64,000 nt of DNA from Candidatus Zixiibacteriota bacterium (GCA_050117845.1 JASFLY010000011.1:19351-83350); one strand, 5' to 3'; shown: positions 20,675 to 29,598, counted from the stretch's first letter. Numbers and translations are program-made. The notes: generated by a model not told the origin, from the sequence alone.

Positions 20675-21192
20675 ATTATCTCGTACTGTTCGGCGTGGGG
20701 GTTGAGGAGCAGGCCCTTGCCGCGTTCGCTCGTAACGAGGATTTCTTCGACGTATTTCTCGTCGGAGCCGGGCGATAAATCGAGGGTCCAGGCGACGCCC
20801 CGGCCGGCGGCGACGACGCGGTCGTACCCCAGGTCGAGCGATACGTGCGTGCACAGGGCTTCGTCGTACAACCCCTCGCGAGGATAAACGAGCGCCACGA
20901 AACGGGCGTCCCTGCTCAGCGGGCGGTTTATCGGACCCACGGTATAGGTTTCCTTGTTGGGGTTCGCGAAGAGGTTGCTGGCCTCGGCCACCTTGCGGAC
21001 GTACTCGAGGGACTCGTCCTCGTCGCCGGCCACGGCGACGCGGTAGTAGTCCCGCCGTTTCAGGTCGGCCAGAACGGCGCCGTAACCCAGCCTATCCGTA
21101 AGCGCCTGGCGCGCGGTCAGGGCGACGCGGTCGATGACGCGGAGGGTGACGAAAACTTCGAACTCGACGTGTTTCGATTTGATTACTGCCAC
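20671..21192 (-). CDS. Hypothetical protein with two PurS-like repeats
   Basis: Two halves, each with LGY and ending LFANPNKETY or LLLNPHAEQY. GTG start chosen from the upstream TTGCGC-17-TATTTT promoter. Confidence 0.55.
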   Translation of the reverse strand: MAVIKSKHVEFEVFVTLRVIDRVALTARQALTDRLGYGAVLADLKRRDYYRVAVAGDEDESLEYVRKVAEASNLFANPNKETYTVGPINRPLSRDARFVALVYPREGLYDEALCTHVSLDLGYDRVVAAGRGVAWTLDLSPGSDEKYVEEILVTSERGKGLLLNPHAEQYEII

Positions 21193-21306
21193 GGGGGAAA
21201 ATAACATTATTACCGGGCAAGCGCAACCGCTAATAGCAGCGTTTGACGCCGGGCCCCCGTTATGATATAGATATATTCGCGTACAGTTCGAATACTACCG
21301 GGGCGG

Positions 21307-22236
21307 TTGCGAGAAGTGGACATAGATAAAAGCGGCGAATTGGAGGAAACGAAAGCGGCCGAGGTCCTTGCGGCGATTTACCGGGCGAGGGCGTACGGCC
21401 TTGCTCATTTTAAGGGGCCGGCGGGCGAGACCATATACGTTACTTTCGAGCGAGGGCGGGCTCGACACGCCTCCGGCAATGGTAGGGAAGGGGATGCCGC
21501 GCTTTACCTTATCCTTACCTGGGACCAGGGCGAGTATCGTTTTATCGAAGACGTCAAATCCGACGAGGATGATTTTCCCTTAAACATTCCAGCCGAGTTG
21601 GCGGAATCGCTCTGCAAGGTGGAGGACGTCGAGGAGGAACGAGAGGACGAGGCTGCGGAGGTGATTCCGCCGTTGCCGGTACTCCCGGAGGGCGAGTCGA
21701 GCGACGTTTTCACGGCGAAGACGGCCGACGATTTGAAGAAGAAATTGGGGGAGTCGGGTTTTTCGGGCTACTGCGCGGTGGGTCCTCCGGACGGCCGGGC
21801 GGGCCTGTTGTTAATTTCGGAAGGGGAGGCCGTCTGCTGTCTGTTATGGGACGGCGAAGGGTTCGGCCGCTTCGACGACGTATGGTCCGGCCTAGCCCCG
21901 TTTTTCGACCGTTCGGCCCGGGAGTGCGCCCTGTACGAGACGGACGCGCCGAAGGCCGAGGCTATTAACGCGGGCCTCTCGGGACGCCGGATCGTCGCCC
22001 GGGTGCCCTCGGCGGTAGTCAACGTCGACGAGTTCCTGGCGTGGGTCGGGGATACGGGAATGACCGGCCTTATTTCGATAATAGCCGGCGACCGGGCCGC
22101 CAATATCCTTATAAGCGGCGGCGACGTGTTGGGCGCGGTCGTCGCGCCGGAGAACGTCCTCCGGCGGGAGACGGACGAAGCGCTGGCGCTTTTTTACACG
22201 CCGGGCGCGACGTTCGAAGCGTTCGCCTTGGAATAA
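21307..22236 (+). CDS. DUF4388/PATAN-like domain protein
   Basis: N-terminal YVTFERGRARHA...GDAALYLILTWDQGEYRF; upstream TTGACG-17-TATAGA (21243-21271). Confidence 0.6.
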   Translation: MREVDIDKSGELEETKAAEVLAAIYRARAYGLAHFKGPAGETIYVTFERGRARHASGNGREGDAALYLILTWDQGEYRFIEDVKSDEDDFPLNIPAELAESLCKVEDVEEEREDEAAEVIPPLPVLPEGESSDVFTAKTADDLKKKLGESGFSGYCAVGPPDGRAGLLLISEGEAVCCLLWDGEGFGRFDDVWSGLAPFFDRSARECALYETDAPKAEAINAGLSGRRIVARVPSAVVNVDEFLAWVGDTGMTGLISIIAGDRAANILISGGDVLGAVVAPENVLRRETDEALALFYTPGATFEAFALE

Positions 22237-22306
22237 CGTTCGCCCGTTATCGCTTCCCTCGCACTTGAGGCTGAAGTAAATCGGGCAAAATATAAGAAAA
22301 AAGGAA

Positions 22307-22334
22307 CGGCGGCTTTCATAGCCGCCGTGTTTTT
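22307..22334. terminator. Probable bidirectional intrinsic terminator
   Basis: CGGCGGCT-ttcat-AGCCGCCG with A-rich 5' and T-rich 3' flanks, between convergent genes. Confidence 0.65.
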
Positions 22335-22365
22335 ATATAGGAAATAAATTAGCGGGATCTGGCGC

Positions 22366-22572
22366 CACCGGCAACCTCTTAGGGGCTAATGGCCATTCGC
22401 GCCTACGGTCGTCCCCTTTAGTAACGTCGCCGGCCGTGGGACCCAAAGCGCGTGGCCGGAGTATCCGATACTATTTAAAAGATGGGCGTCAGGCGGTGAA
22501 GCCTGACGGCGCCCGGATAAATGGGGGGGGCGGGCTTCATGCTCGCCGTACTTATTGATGGGGTTGCCGGTG
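22366..22572. other. Multi-stem structured intergenic element (REP cluster, MITE or ncRNA)
   Basis: 13-bp closing inverted repeat CACCGGCAACCTC/GGGGTTGCCGGTG enclosing several hairpins. Confidence 0.5.
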
Positions 22573-22574
22573 TT

Positions 22575-23429
22575 TCAGGCGAAGGCTATCGCGAAGACGC
22601 CGGCCGTTATAGCGACGGCCCCGACCAAGCGGCGGAGCCGGCCTCCCTCTTTCAAAAACAGCGCGCCGAAGATAACGCTGAAGATCATGCCGACGTTGCG
22701 CGCGGCGCCGACGTACGAGACGAGCGTCATGTTCAGCGCGACGAGGGCACAGAGGAAACCGGCCATGGAGATCACGCCGACCAGCGCGGCGCGGCCGAAG
22801 TTGGCGTGAAGGTAACGGGCGGCGGAACGCCATGGCCGGGTAACCAGGCAGTAAACCCCTAGTGTCGTCCCGGCCACGAGCCAGGCCATGTAGATGGCGG
22901 CGAAGGGGGAGAGGAAACCGAGCGCCCACTTGTAGCAAACGTGGTGGCCGGCGATGGCGACGCCGGTCAGGAGGGAGAGGGCGACCGCCGGGCCGGTGAC
23001 GGTTGCGCGGCGGGTAGGCCAGGCGACGGCGGCGATGCCCAGAACGATAAGGCCGATGCCGGCGTACCCGAGTAGCGTGACCCGCTCGGACAGAAAGACG
23101 GCGGCCCCGGCAACGATGAAGAGAGGCGCCGACCCCCGGCTGACCGGGTACACCAGCGAGAGATCCCCCCGGCGGTAGCTGACGGTTAGGAGGATAAAGT
23201 AAGTCCCCTCGATGAGGCCGGCGAGGAATACGGCCGCGACGGCCTCGGCGTTCAGCGGCGGGAGGCCGGGTACGAGTAACAATAAAAAGACGGGGGTATA
23301 AAGGGCGAGAGCCGTTATTATGGCGCCGAGGAAAAAGACGGAAGCGTCCTCGGCCTTTTTTACGAGGAGGTTCCAAACGGCCAACACGATACCCGAGGCC
23401 AGGATTAGGAGCAGGGCCGGGAGCGGCAT
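22575..23429 (-). CDS. EamA/DMT-family transporter
   Basis: About 10 TM; GDLSLVYPVSRG; upstream TTGACG-17-TATTCT (23467-23439). Confidence 0.88.
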   Translation of the reverse strand: MPLPALLLILASGIVLAVWNLLVKKAEDASVFFLGAIITALALYTPVFLLLLVPGLPPLNAEAVAAVFLAGLIEGTYFILLTVSYRRGDLSLVYPVSRGSAPLFIVAGAAVFLSERVTLLGYAGIGLIVLGIAAVAWPTRRATVTGPAVALSLLTGVAIAGHHVCYKWALGFLSPFAAIYMAWLVAGTTLGVYCLVTRPWRSAARYLHANFGRAALVGVISMAGFLCALVALNMTLVSYVGAARNVGMIFSVIFGALFLKEGGRLRRLVGAVAITAGVFAIAFA

Positions 23430-23604
23430 CCGGGCGACAGAATATCACCCGCGAAGGCGAACGTCAATGCGAAAGGCCGTGGGATTAAATCACGTAGGTC
23501 GTTGGGAAGTTAAAAAAAAGCCCTTGACACCCGCGGCCTTAATTGGTATTTTTGAAAGTTAGAGGATTTATCACATCATACCATACGAGCTAGGAGGTAG
23601 CTTC

Positions 23605-24045
23605 TTGAAGGCGAAATTCGTAGTAACTATGGCTCTGGCGGCCGTACTGTGCGTCGCTATCGTTGCCTGCAGTTCGTTAAAGGGGGGCGAAGAGACCTCG
23701 ACGCCCACGCCGACGCCGACTAAGACGCCCGAAGTTACGCCCGAAGAGGGCAAGGTAACCAAGTCGACGGTGGGCAATACGACGACTCTGGCCGGGGTAC
23801 TCCGCGGGACGAACGACTCGAACAAGTTCGACATCTTCGCCGAATCCACCTACATCGAAGTGGAATTCGATTATCCCTCGGACGCCACTTTCTACGTTAA
23901 GGTCCTCGGCAAGAGCGGCAACGAACTCGGGGAATTCGATCTGACCGAAGGCAACATTATCGAGCTTTCGGGCGGCGGGAAATTCACGCTCATCGTTCAC
24001 TCCGTGGGCGGCGGCGGTAAATGGTCCGCTACGTACACCGACTAA
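23605..24045 (+). CDS. Hypothetical lipoprotein with PT linker
   Basis: AGGAGG SD, TTG start, lipobox IVAC, TPTPTPT; promoter TTGACA-17-TATTTT at 23524. Confidence 0.7.
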   Translation: MKAKFVVTMALAAVLCVAIVACSSLKGGEETSTPTPTPTKTPEVTPEEGKVTKSTVGNTTTLAGVLRGTNDSNKFDIFAESTYIEVEFDYPSDATFYVKVLGKSGNELGEFDLTEGNIIELSGGGKFTLIVHSVGGGGKWSATYTD

Positions 24046-24065
24046 CGATTCTATTTCGATTCTTG

Positions 24066-24100
24066 GGGCGTCGGCTTCTTCGAGCCGACGCCCTTTCTTT
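24066..24100 (+). terminator. Intrinsic terminator
   Basis: GGGCGTCGGCT-tcttcg-AGCCGACGCCC-TTTCTTT. Confidence 0.75.
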
Positions 24101-24114
24101 GGGAGTGACCTCAC

Positions 24115-24495
24115 GTGGATTCGGCCACAATGGAACGACTCCTGGCGGCCGCCCGGGACGTTCGGGATAAGGCGTACGCCCCTTATTCCGATTTCCGGGT
24201 GGGAGCCGCCGTCCTCGGCGAGGACGGCCGGGTGTACGTCGGCGTCAACGTCGAGAATGCGTCGTACGGCCTTACGGTGTGCGCGGAACGAAACGCCATC
24301 GCGGCCGCTATCGCCGCCGGGGCTCGCCGGATCGAGGCCGTAGCCATTGCGGCCGACCGGCCGTCCCCGCCTTGTGGGGCCTGCCGCCAGGTTATCGCGG
24401 AATTGGGGCCGAGGGCGACGGTAATATGGGAGGACGGCGCCGGCGGGTACGTAAGTCGTTCTATTTCCGACCTTCTCCCGGACGCATTCCGTTAA
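24115..24495 (+). CDS. cdd: Cytidine deaminase (homotetrameric type)
   Basis: AYAPYSDFRVGAA, NVENASYGLTVCAE, PCGACRQ. Confidence 0.95.
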   Translation: MDSATMERLLAAARDVRDKAYAPYSDFRVGAAVLGEDGRVYVGVNVENASYGLTVCAERNAIAAAIAAGARRIEAVAIAADRPSPPCGACRQVIAELGPRATVIWEDGAGGYVSRSISDLLPDAFR

Positions 24496-24517
24496 AAAGC
24501 GAGCTCGGCGGTTTTCT

Positions 24518-25756
24518 TTGCTTGAAATAAGGAATACCGTTTATTATAATGATTTGATATACGGTTACGAAGATTATAAGGGTGTTGCCGACGCCGAAGT
24601 ATACGTGGCCCGCGTGGCCGCGTACGAGTATGGGGCTGTAAGCGAAGCCGTCGAAACACTCGTAGAGGCCGCCGGGGGTTGGAACGAGGTGGTTCCGGCC
24701 GGCATGCCGGCTTTGATTAAGCCCAACCTCATGTCGGCACGTGAACCCGACCGGGCGGTTACGACCCATCCCGTTTTTATCGAAGTCGTCGGGAAGCTTT
24801 TGAAACGGGCGGGCAGGGATGCCGTCGTCGGCGATAGCCCTGCGGGAGCGGTTAAGGGGATTAGGCGGGTCTGGGAGAACACGGGGGCCGCGGCCGCGGC
24901 CGAAGCGGCCGGCCTGGAGATGATATCCTTCGAAGGGGGCGGGTCCGTAGGTCGCTCTGTCGAGAGCCGTTTCTTAAAAGAAATCCGCGTAACGGCGGCG
25001 GCAGAAAGCGCCGCGGTGGTAAGTTTACCGAAACTAAAGACCCATTTTCTGACGATTCTTACCGGGGCCGTAAAAAACTGCATGGGGTTGATTCCGGGAT
25101 TGGCGAAGGCGGAACTGCATCGGCTGGCGCCTCACCCGGACGATTTCTCCGAATTGCTGGTGGACCTATTGCCGGCGTACGCGCCCCGTTTTACGTTCGT
25201 CGATGCGATAGTGGGATTGGAGGGAGATGGGCCGGCCTCCGGGGAAGCCCGGAAATTCGGCCTCGTCGTGGCGGGACGGAACGCTGCTGCCATTGACGTC
25301 GTGTTGGCCCGGGTGCTGGGTTTCGAACCGGCCGAGGTGCCGACGGTCAGGATTTCCATCGAACGAGGCCTGACGCCGGCGGAGCCGCCGGTAGTGCCGG
25401 TCGGCAAGACCCGCTTAGCGGACCTCGTCTTCGACGACGTGGCGGCTCCGGGCAGTCTGTGGCTGCGGCATCTTCCCCGGCCCTTACTCCGATTCGTCGG
25501 CCGGCAGTTCGTAATTGCGCCGGCCGTTGCGGCGGAGAAGTGTACCGGGTGTCGGCGTTGCGCCGAGTCGTGTCCGGTCGGCGCCGTGTGGATGTCGGGA
25601 GACACGGCCGTTATCGACGGTAAGAAATGCATTCAATGTTTGTGTTGTTACGAAACGTGTGCGGACGAAGCGGTTTATCTAAAGCCTGCGCGCGCCGCCC
25701 GTGTGTATTACGGCATTCGTGATTTCAGACGTCGTCTACGCCGCCGGCCCTCCTGA
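24518..25756 (+). CDS. DUF362 domain protein with C-terminal 2x[4Fe-4S] ferredoxin domain (true start probably downstream of 24550)
   Basis: LIKPNL, TTHP, PKLKTH; CTGCRRCAESCP and CIQCLCCYETC. A TTGAAA-17-TATAAT promoter (24522-24550) overlaps the predicted N-terminus. Confidence 0.85.
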   Translation: MLEIRNTVYYNDLIYGYEDYKGVADAEVYVARVAAYEYGAVSEAVETLVEAAGGWNEVVPAGMPALIKPNLMSAREPDRAVTTHPVFIEVVGKLLKRAGRDAVVGDSPAGAVKGIRRVWENTGAAAAAEAAGLEMISFEGGGSVGRSVESRFLKEIRVTAAAESAAVVSLPKLKTHFLTILTGAVKNCMGLIPGLAKAELHRLAPHPDDFSELLVDLLPAYAPRFTFVDAIVGLEGDGPASGEARKFGLVVAGRNAAAIDVVLARVLGFEPAEVPTVRISIERGLTPAEPPVVPVGKTRLADLVFDDVAAPGSLWLRHLPRPLLRFVGRQFVIAPAVAAEKCTGCRRCAESCPVGAVWMSGDTAVIDGKKCIQCLCCYETCADEAVYLKPARAARVYYGIRDFRRRLRRRPS

Positions 25757-25788
25757 GGCCGGGCGAACCGGGACGATACGGAGGTAAT

Positions 25789-26160
25789 GTGAAAACAGTC
25801 GCTTTGATATTACTATCGGTAGCGCTCGGTGTGACCGGCCAGATATTCTTGAAGTACGGCGTCGGTACGGATGGCGCGATTACCGGTATAAATAAAGCTC
25901 TCTTTCATACGCTGCTCAAACCGTTCGTATTGTTGGGGCTTTTCTCTTACGGCCTTTCATCCATATCCTGGCTGGTAGTCTTAAGCCGGACGGAACTTTC
26001 GTACGCGTATCCAATGGTCGCGCTGGGTTACGTTCTGGTGTTCTTCCTCTCTTGGTGGTTTTTCGGCGACAAGGTAACGTGGACGCGCGTCGTGGGGTTA
26101 TTGTTGATATGCTCCGGGGTCGTGTTGGTTGCGATTACGAAACCGGCCGGTACGCAATGA
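25789..26160 (+). CDS. Small 4-TM SMR/EamA-like protein (ArnE/F-like)
   Basis: GQIFLK, ELSYAYP; four TM helices. Confidence 0.75.
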   Translation: MKTVALILLSVALGVTGQIFLKYGVGTDGAITGINKALFHTLLKPFVLLGLFSYGLSSISWLVVLSRTELSYAYPMVALGYVLVFFLSWWFFGDKVTWTRVVGLLLICSGVVLVAITKPAGTQ

Positions 26161-26164
26161 TACT

Positions 26165-26845
26165 ATGAAGCCTTATTTCCCGAAGGATATCAAAGAGGCG
26201 CTCGCGCTCCAGCGCGAGCTGGCCGGCAAGGTCAAGTACACGGCCCGCCCGCGGCGCGTGCGCTACGTCGCCGGCGTGGATGTGGCGTATCACCGCGGCC
26301 GGGAATTGAACGTCGGCGCGGTCGTCATCCTATCTTTCCCGGATCTCGAGACGGTGGACGTCGTATGCAAGAAGGCCGCGACGCCATTCCCTTACGTCCC
26401 GAGCCTTCTCAGCTTCCGGGAGGCGCCCATCTGTTACGACGTGTTGGAGCCGCTTAAAAAGAAAATCGACGTGCTCCTGGTCGACGGCCAGGGGATAGCG
26501 CACCCCCGGCGCTTCGGCATCGCTTCCCATCTGGGTGTGCTCTTGGATATACCTACTATCGGTTGCGCCAAGTCGCGGCTGGTGGGTGACGAACCGAAAC
26601 GACTGGGCAAGAAAAAAGGCGCCCGGGGCGCTCTCAAGCACAACGGCGAGCGGATAGGAACGGTTCTGAGGACGCGGGACGGCGTCAAACCGATATACGT
26701 TTCGGTGGGACATCGGAGCAAGCTGGATTGGGCCGAGGACCTCGTGTTGCAACTCTCGCCGCGTTATCGTATACCCGAGCCCATCTCCCGGGCACATAAT
26801 ACGGTTACCAAGGAGCGCTTGCGCCTAGGCATCGACACCGATTAG
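26165..26845 (+). CDS. nfi: Endonuclease V
   Basis: AGVDVAY, FPYVPSLLSFRE, VDGQGIAHPRRFGIASHLG, IGCAKS. Confidence 0.95.
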   Translation: MKPYFPKDIKEALALQRELAGKVKYTARPRRVRYVAGVDVAYHRGRELNVGAVVILSFPDLETVDVVCKKAATPFPYVPSLLSFREAPICYDVLEPLKKKIDVLLVDGQGIAHPRRFGIASHLGVLLDIPTIGCAKSRLVGDEPKRLGKKKGARGALKHNGERIGTVLRTRDGVKPIYVSVGHRSKLDWAEDLVLQLSPRYRIPEPISRAHNTVTKERLRLGIDTD

Positions 26846-26885
26846 TTATCAGCGCCTTAAGGCTTACAATCGGAAGTATCACTTT

Positions 26886-27533
26886 ATGTCGTGCGACCCC
26901 CAGGAATTCTTGAAAATATTGAAAACGCGCCGCTCCGTGCGGCGTATGTCGCCGGCCCCTATTCCCGAGGGGGATATGGAGGCCATAATCGAAGCCGGCC
27001 TTTACGCTCCTTCCGGGTCGAATCAGCAACCGTGGCATTTCGCGGTTGTTAAGAACCGCGACTTGATAAACAAGTTTAAGAATGCGGCGGCCGCAAAGGT
27101 GGAAGAAATCGCGGAACGCATCTCATCCGCCAGCGCCCGGAAAAGTTTCGACGGCTACGTGCAATATATTACGTTCTTCGAAGATTCCTCCGCCGTAATC
27201 TGTTGTTTTGTCGAGCCTTACCGGGCCCTCCTGGAGCGTTTGTTGAGCCGCTACGCGCCGGAGTTATCCGTCAGTACGCGGGAAAACGCATCGATACAAA
27301 GCGTGGCCGCAGCCGCCGAAAACATGCTTCTGGCGGCGCACGCGCTGGGTTACGCCGGCTGTTGGATGACGGCGCCCCTGATAGCGAAGGACGCAATCGA
27401 AGAACTCGTACGGCCCGAAGGCAAGTGGGAACTCCTGGCCATGATCGCCCTGGGCCAAAGTGAACAAGGGTCGGCCCCGGGCCAGGCTCCGCCGAGGCGG
27501 CCACGTGACGAAGTGGTGTCTTATTACCCATGA
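26886..27533 (+). CDS. Nitroreductase family protein
   Basis: RRSVR, APSGSNQQPWHF, AAENMLLAAHALG. Confidence 0.9.
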   Translation: MSCDPQEFLKILKTRRSVRRMSPAPIPEGDMEAIIEAGLYAPSGSNQQPWHFAVVKNRDLINKFKNAAAAKVEEIAERISSASARKSFDGYVQYITFFEDSSAVICCFVEPYRALLERLLSRYAPELSVSTRENASIQSVAAAAENMLLAAHALGYAGCWMTAPLIAKDAIEELVRPEGKWELLAMIALGQSEQGSAPGQAPPRRPRDEVVSYYP

Positions 27534-28324
27534 GAATAAGTAGGATTAAGTGGCGCGAGGCCTGGCTATGCTTGTTGACGGTTGCGGTATCGTCCTTGGC
27601 TCTTTGGGGTTGTACCGGTTCCGCGGAAGACCTGCCGCCGGCCGAGGAACCCCCCGCCGAAGTACCGGTTAAAATTATAAACGGCGCCGGAAGGGCCGAC
27701 GTATGTCGGGAAATAGCGGCCAAGCTCGGCGTCGACGTAGGCGCGGAGGTCGAAAGTTACCGCGACGCCAATGGCAATCTGGACTACTCGCTCCGCGAGA
27801 CGACGATACTTTGCGACGACGCGCATCTCGTCCAGGCGAACGCCGTCCGCGAGGTAGTCGGCGTCGGCTCGGTCGCTTCGGTCCCGGGGCTCGCGCAGAT
27901 AGAAATGATAGTAGGTTGGGACGCGGCCGGCCCGCCGTGGGAAGATGCTCCGGGTAACGGCGTCCTCGTGAAAAAAGCCGAGAAAGCCGTTTACTTCCTC
28001 CAGAACGGCGAACTGGCGGAAGTCTGGCCCTGCGCCATAGGCAAACCCGAAAGCCCCACCCCCACGGGCCGGTACGAGGTTACGGTTACGCTCGAGAAGC
28101 CGACCTGGTACTGGCAGGGGAAGGCCATCCCGCCCGGACCCGACAACGGCCTGGGCGATTGGTTCATCGGTATAAGCAAAAAAGGTTACGGCCTCCATGG
28201 GACGAACGAACCGCCGAGTATCGGCACTGCGGCGTCCCACGGTTGCGTTAGAATGTATAACGAGCACGCCGGCGAACTCGTATCGCTGGTATCGCCCGGG
28301 ACCGTCGTCGTCATCGCCGAATAG
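27530..28324 (+). CDS. L,D-transpeptidase (YkuD) lipoprotein with LytR_C-like N-terminal domain
   Basis: Lipobox LWGC; VKIINGAG; PTPTG; HGTN...SHGCVRM. Confidence 0.85.
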   Translation: MRISRIKWREAWLCLLTVAVSSLALWGCTGSAEDLPPAEEPPAEVPVKIINGAGRADVCREIAAKLGVDVGAEVESYRDANGNLDYSLRETTILCDDAHLVQANAVREVVGVGSVASVPGLAQIEMIVGWDAAGPPWEDAPGNGVLVKKAEKAVYFLQNGELAEVWPCAIGKPESPTPTGRYEVTVTLEKPTWYWQGKAIPPGPDNGLGDWFIGISKKGYGLHGTNEPPSIGTAASHGCVRMYNEHAGELVSLVSPGTVVVIAE

Positions 28325-28428
28325 GGCGGAACGTCGAGGCCGGTCGCGAGCGCCGTTTGAGCGAAATCGGGAGAATAAAGCCCTACCGGGATATTTTTTT
28401 TGTGGTTTGAAAACCACGGAGGTCAGAC

Positions 28429-29565
28429 ATGGCGGAAGAGCGTTGCCCGAGTTGTGGGACGCCATACGAATCCGGCGCTACTTTTTGCATAAATTGCGGC
28501 GCCAAGCGAGAAGCCCCGGCCGAAGAGCCGAAGGCTCCGGCTGAAGAGCCGAAAGCTCCCGAGGAACCCAAGGCTCCGGCCGAAGAACCAAAGGTTCCTC
28601 CTGAGAAACCGAAGGCCCCCTCCGAGGAACCGAAGGCTCCTCCCGAGAAACCGAAAACCCCGGCCGAGGAGCCGCAGGCTCCTTCCGCAGAGCCCAAGGC
28701 CCCGGCCGAAGAGCCGAAGGCTCCGGCTGAAGAGCCGAAAGCTCCCGAGGAACCTAAGGCTCCGGCTGAAAAACCGAAGGCCCCCGCCGAACCGGCCAAG
28801 CCGCCTACGCCCCCGCCGACGGCCGAGAAGAAGGCCGCGCCGGCGCCGGACAGCTCGGTGCTCGACCGGTTGGACCAGGAGCTGGACGAAGGGCCCGATA
28901 CTCAGCCCAAGAAGAAAAGCAAGAAAGGCTGTTGTATCGTCGGGGCTATCGTCGCCGTGGTTGCGGTGCTGGCCGTAGTGTGTGTCGGCGGCCTTTACTA
29001 CACAGGGTATCTGGAAGAATGGGGCGTAACGGTACCCGCCGGAGAAGGTTTCTCCAGCGATTTCGAGGCCGTGACCGATGCCGACTTCGCAGTATGGCAG
29101 ACGGGGGAGGACGCCGTCGTCAAACCCGAGAACGGCATGCTCAAGGTCCGCAACAGCCTGGTAGGCGTCAACTACGACCCGGGGGCGAATTATGCGGCCA
29201 CCTGTACCGTCTTCGTACAAAAGACGGACAACGATAACGGCTGGGCGGCGCTGGCGATGCGGGTTAATCCCAAGGGCGGCGACCGGTACTCCTTCGAAAT
29301 CGTTCCGGGCAAGAAGACGGCGCGCATCCGGAAAATCCCGGCCAAGGGCAAACCGATAGTGCTTTCGGCCAATAAGGTGCCGGCGCTCGTGGTGGGCTCG
29401 CCCTTTACCGTGACGGCTTACGCTTCGGGCAGCGAGCTCTCGATGGAGATAAGCGGGACGAACGTCGCCGCGGCGACCGACATCGGTTTGTTGCAGGGGC
29501 CAATGGGTTTCGAGGTCCGCGACGCGACCGCGTACTTCGACGACCTGACTATAACGCCGCAGTAA
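28429..29565 (+). CDS. Zinc-ribbon / Pro-Glu-Lys repeat / TM / extracytoplasmic beta-sandwich protein
   Basis: CPSCG...FCINCG; 14 APAEEPK-type repeats; KKKSKK then TM; C-terminal YFDDL (DUF1080/LamG-like). Confidence 0.75.
   Translation: MAEERCPSCGTPYESGATFCINCGAKREAPAEEPKAPAEEPKAPEEPKAPAEEPKVPPEKPKAPSEEPKAPPEKPKTPAEEPQAPSAEPKAPAEEPKAPAEEPKAPEEPKAPAEKPKAPAEPAKPPTPPPTAEKKAAPAPDSSVLDRLDQELDEGPDTQPKKKSKKGCCIVGAIVAVVAVLAVVCVGGLYYTGYLEEWGVTVPAGEGFSSDFEAVTDADFAVWQTGEDAVVKPENGMLKVRNSLVGVNYDPGANYAATCTVFVQKTDNDNGWAALAMRVNPKGGDRYSFEIVPGKKTARIRKIPAKGKPIVLSANKVPALVVGSPFTVTAYASGSELSMEISGTNVAAATDIGLLQGPMGFEVRDATAYFDDLTITPQ
28513..28800 (+). repeat. Coding tandem repeat (about 21 nt unit)
   Basis: 14 degenerate heptapeptide units; a 68-nt block at 28513 recurs at 28699 with one mismatch. 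Confidence 0.9.
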
Positions 29566-29598
29566 GTATCCGGGAACGACGATCCCGAGGAGGGTTTC

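Noticed and set aside
22366..22572. SRP RNA, RNase P, tmRNA or group II intron remnant
   Set aside because: Hallmark motifs (SRP helix 8, GAGGAAAGTCC, tRNA-like ends, domain V) not found.
28513..28800. Possible CRISPR array
   Set aside because: In-frame degenerate coding repeats with no unique spacers; no cas genes.
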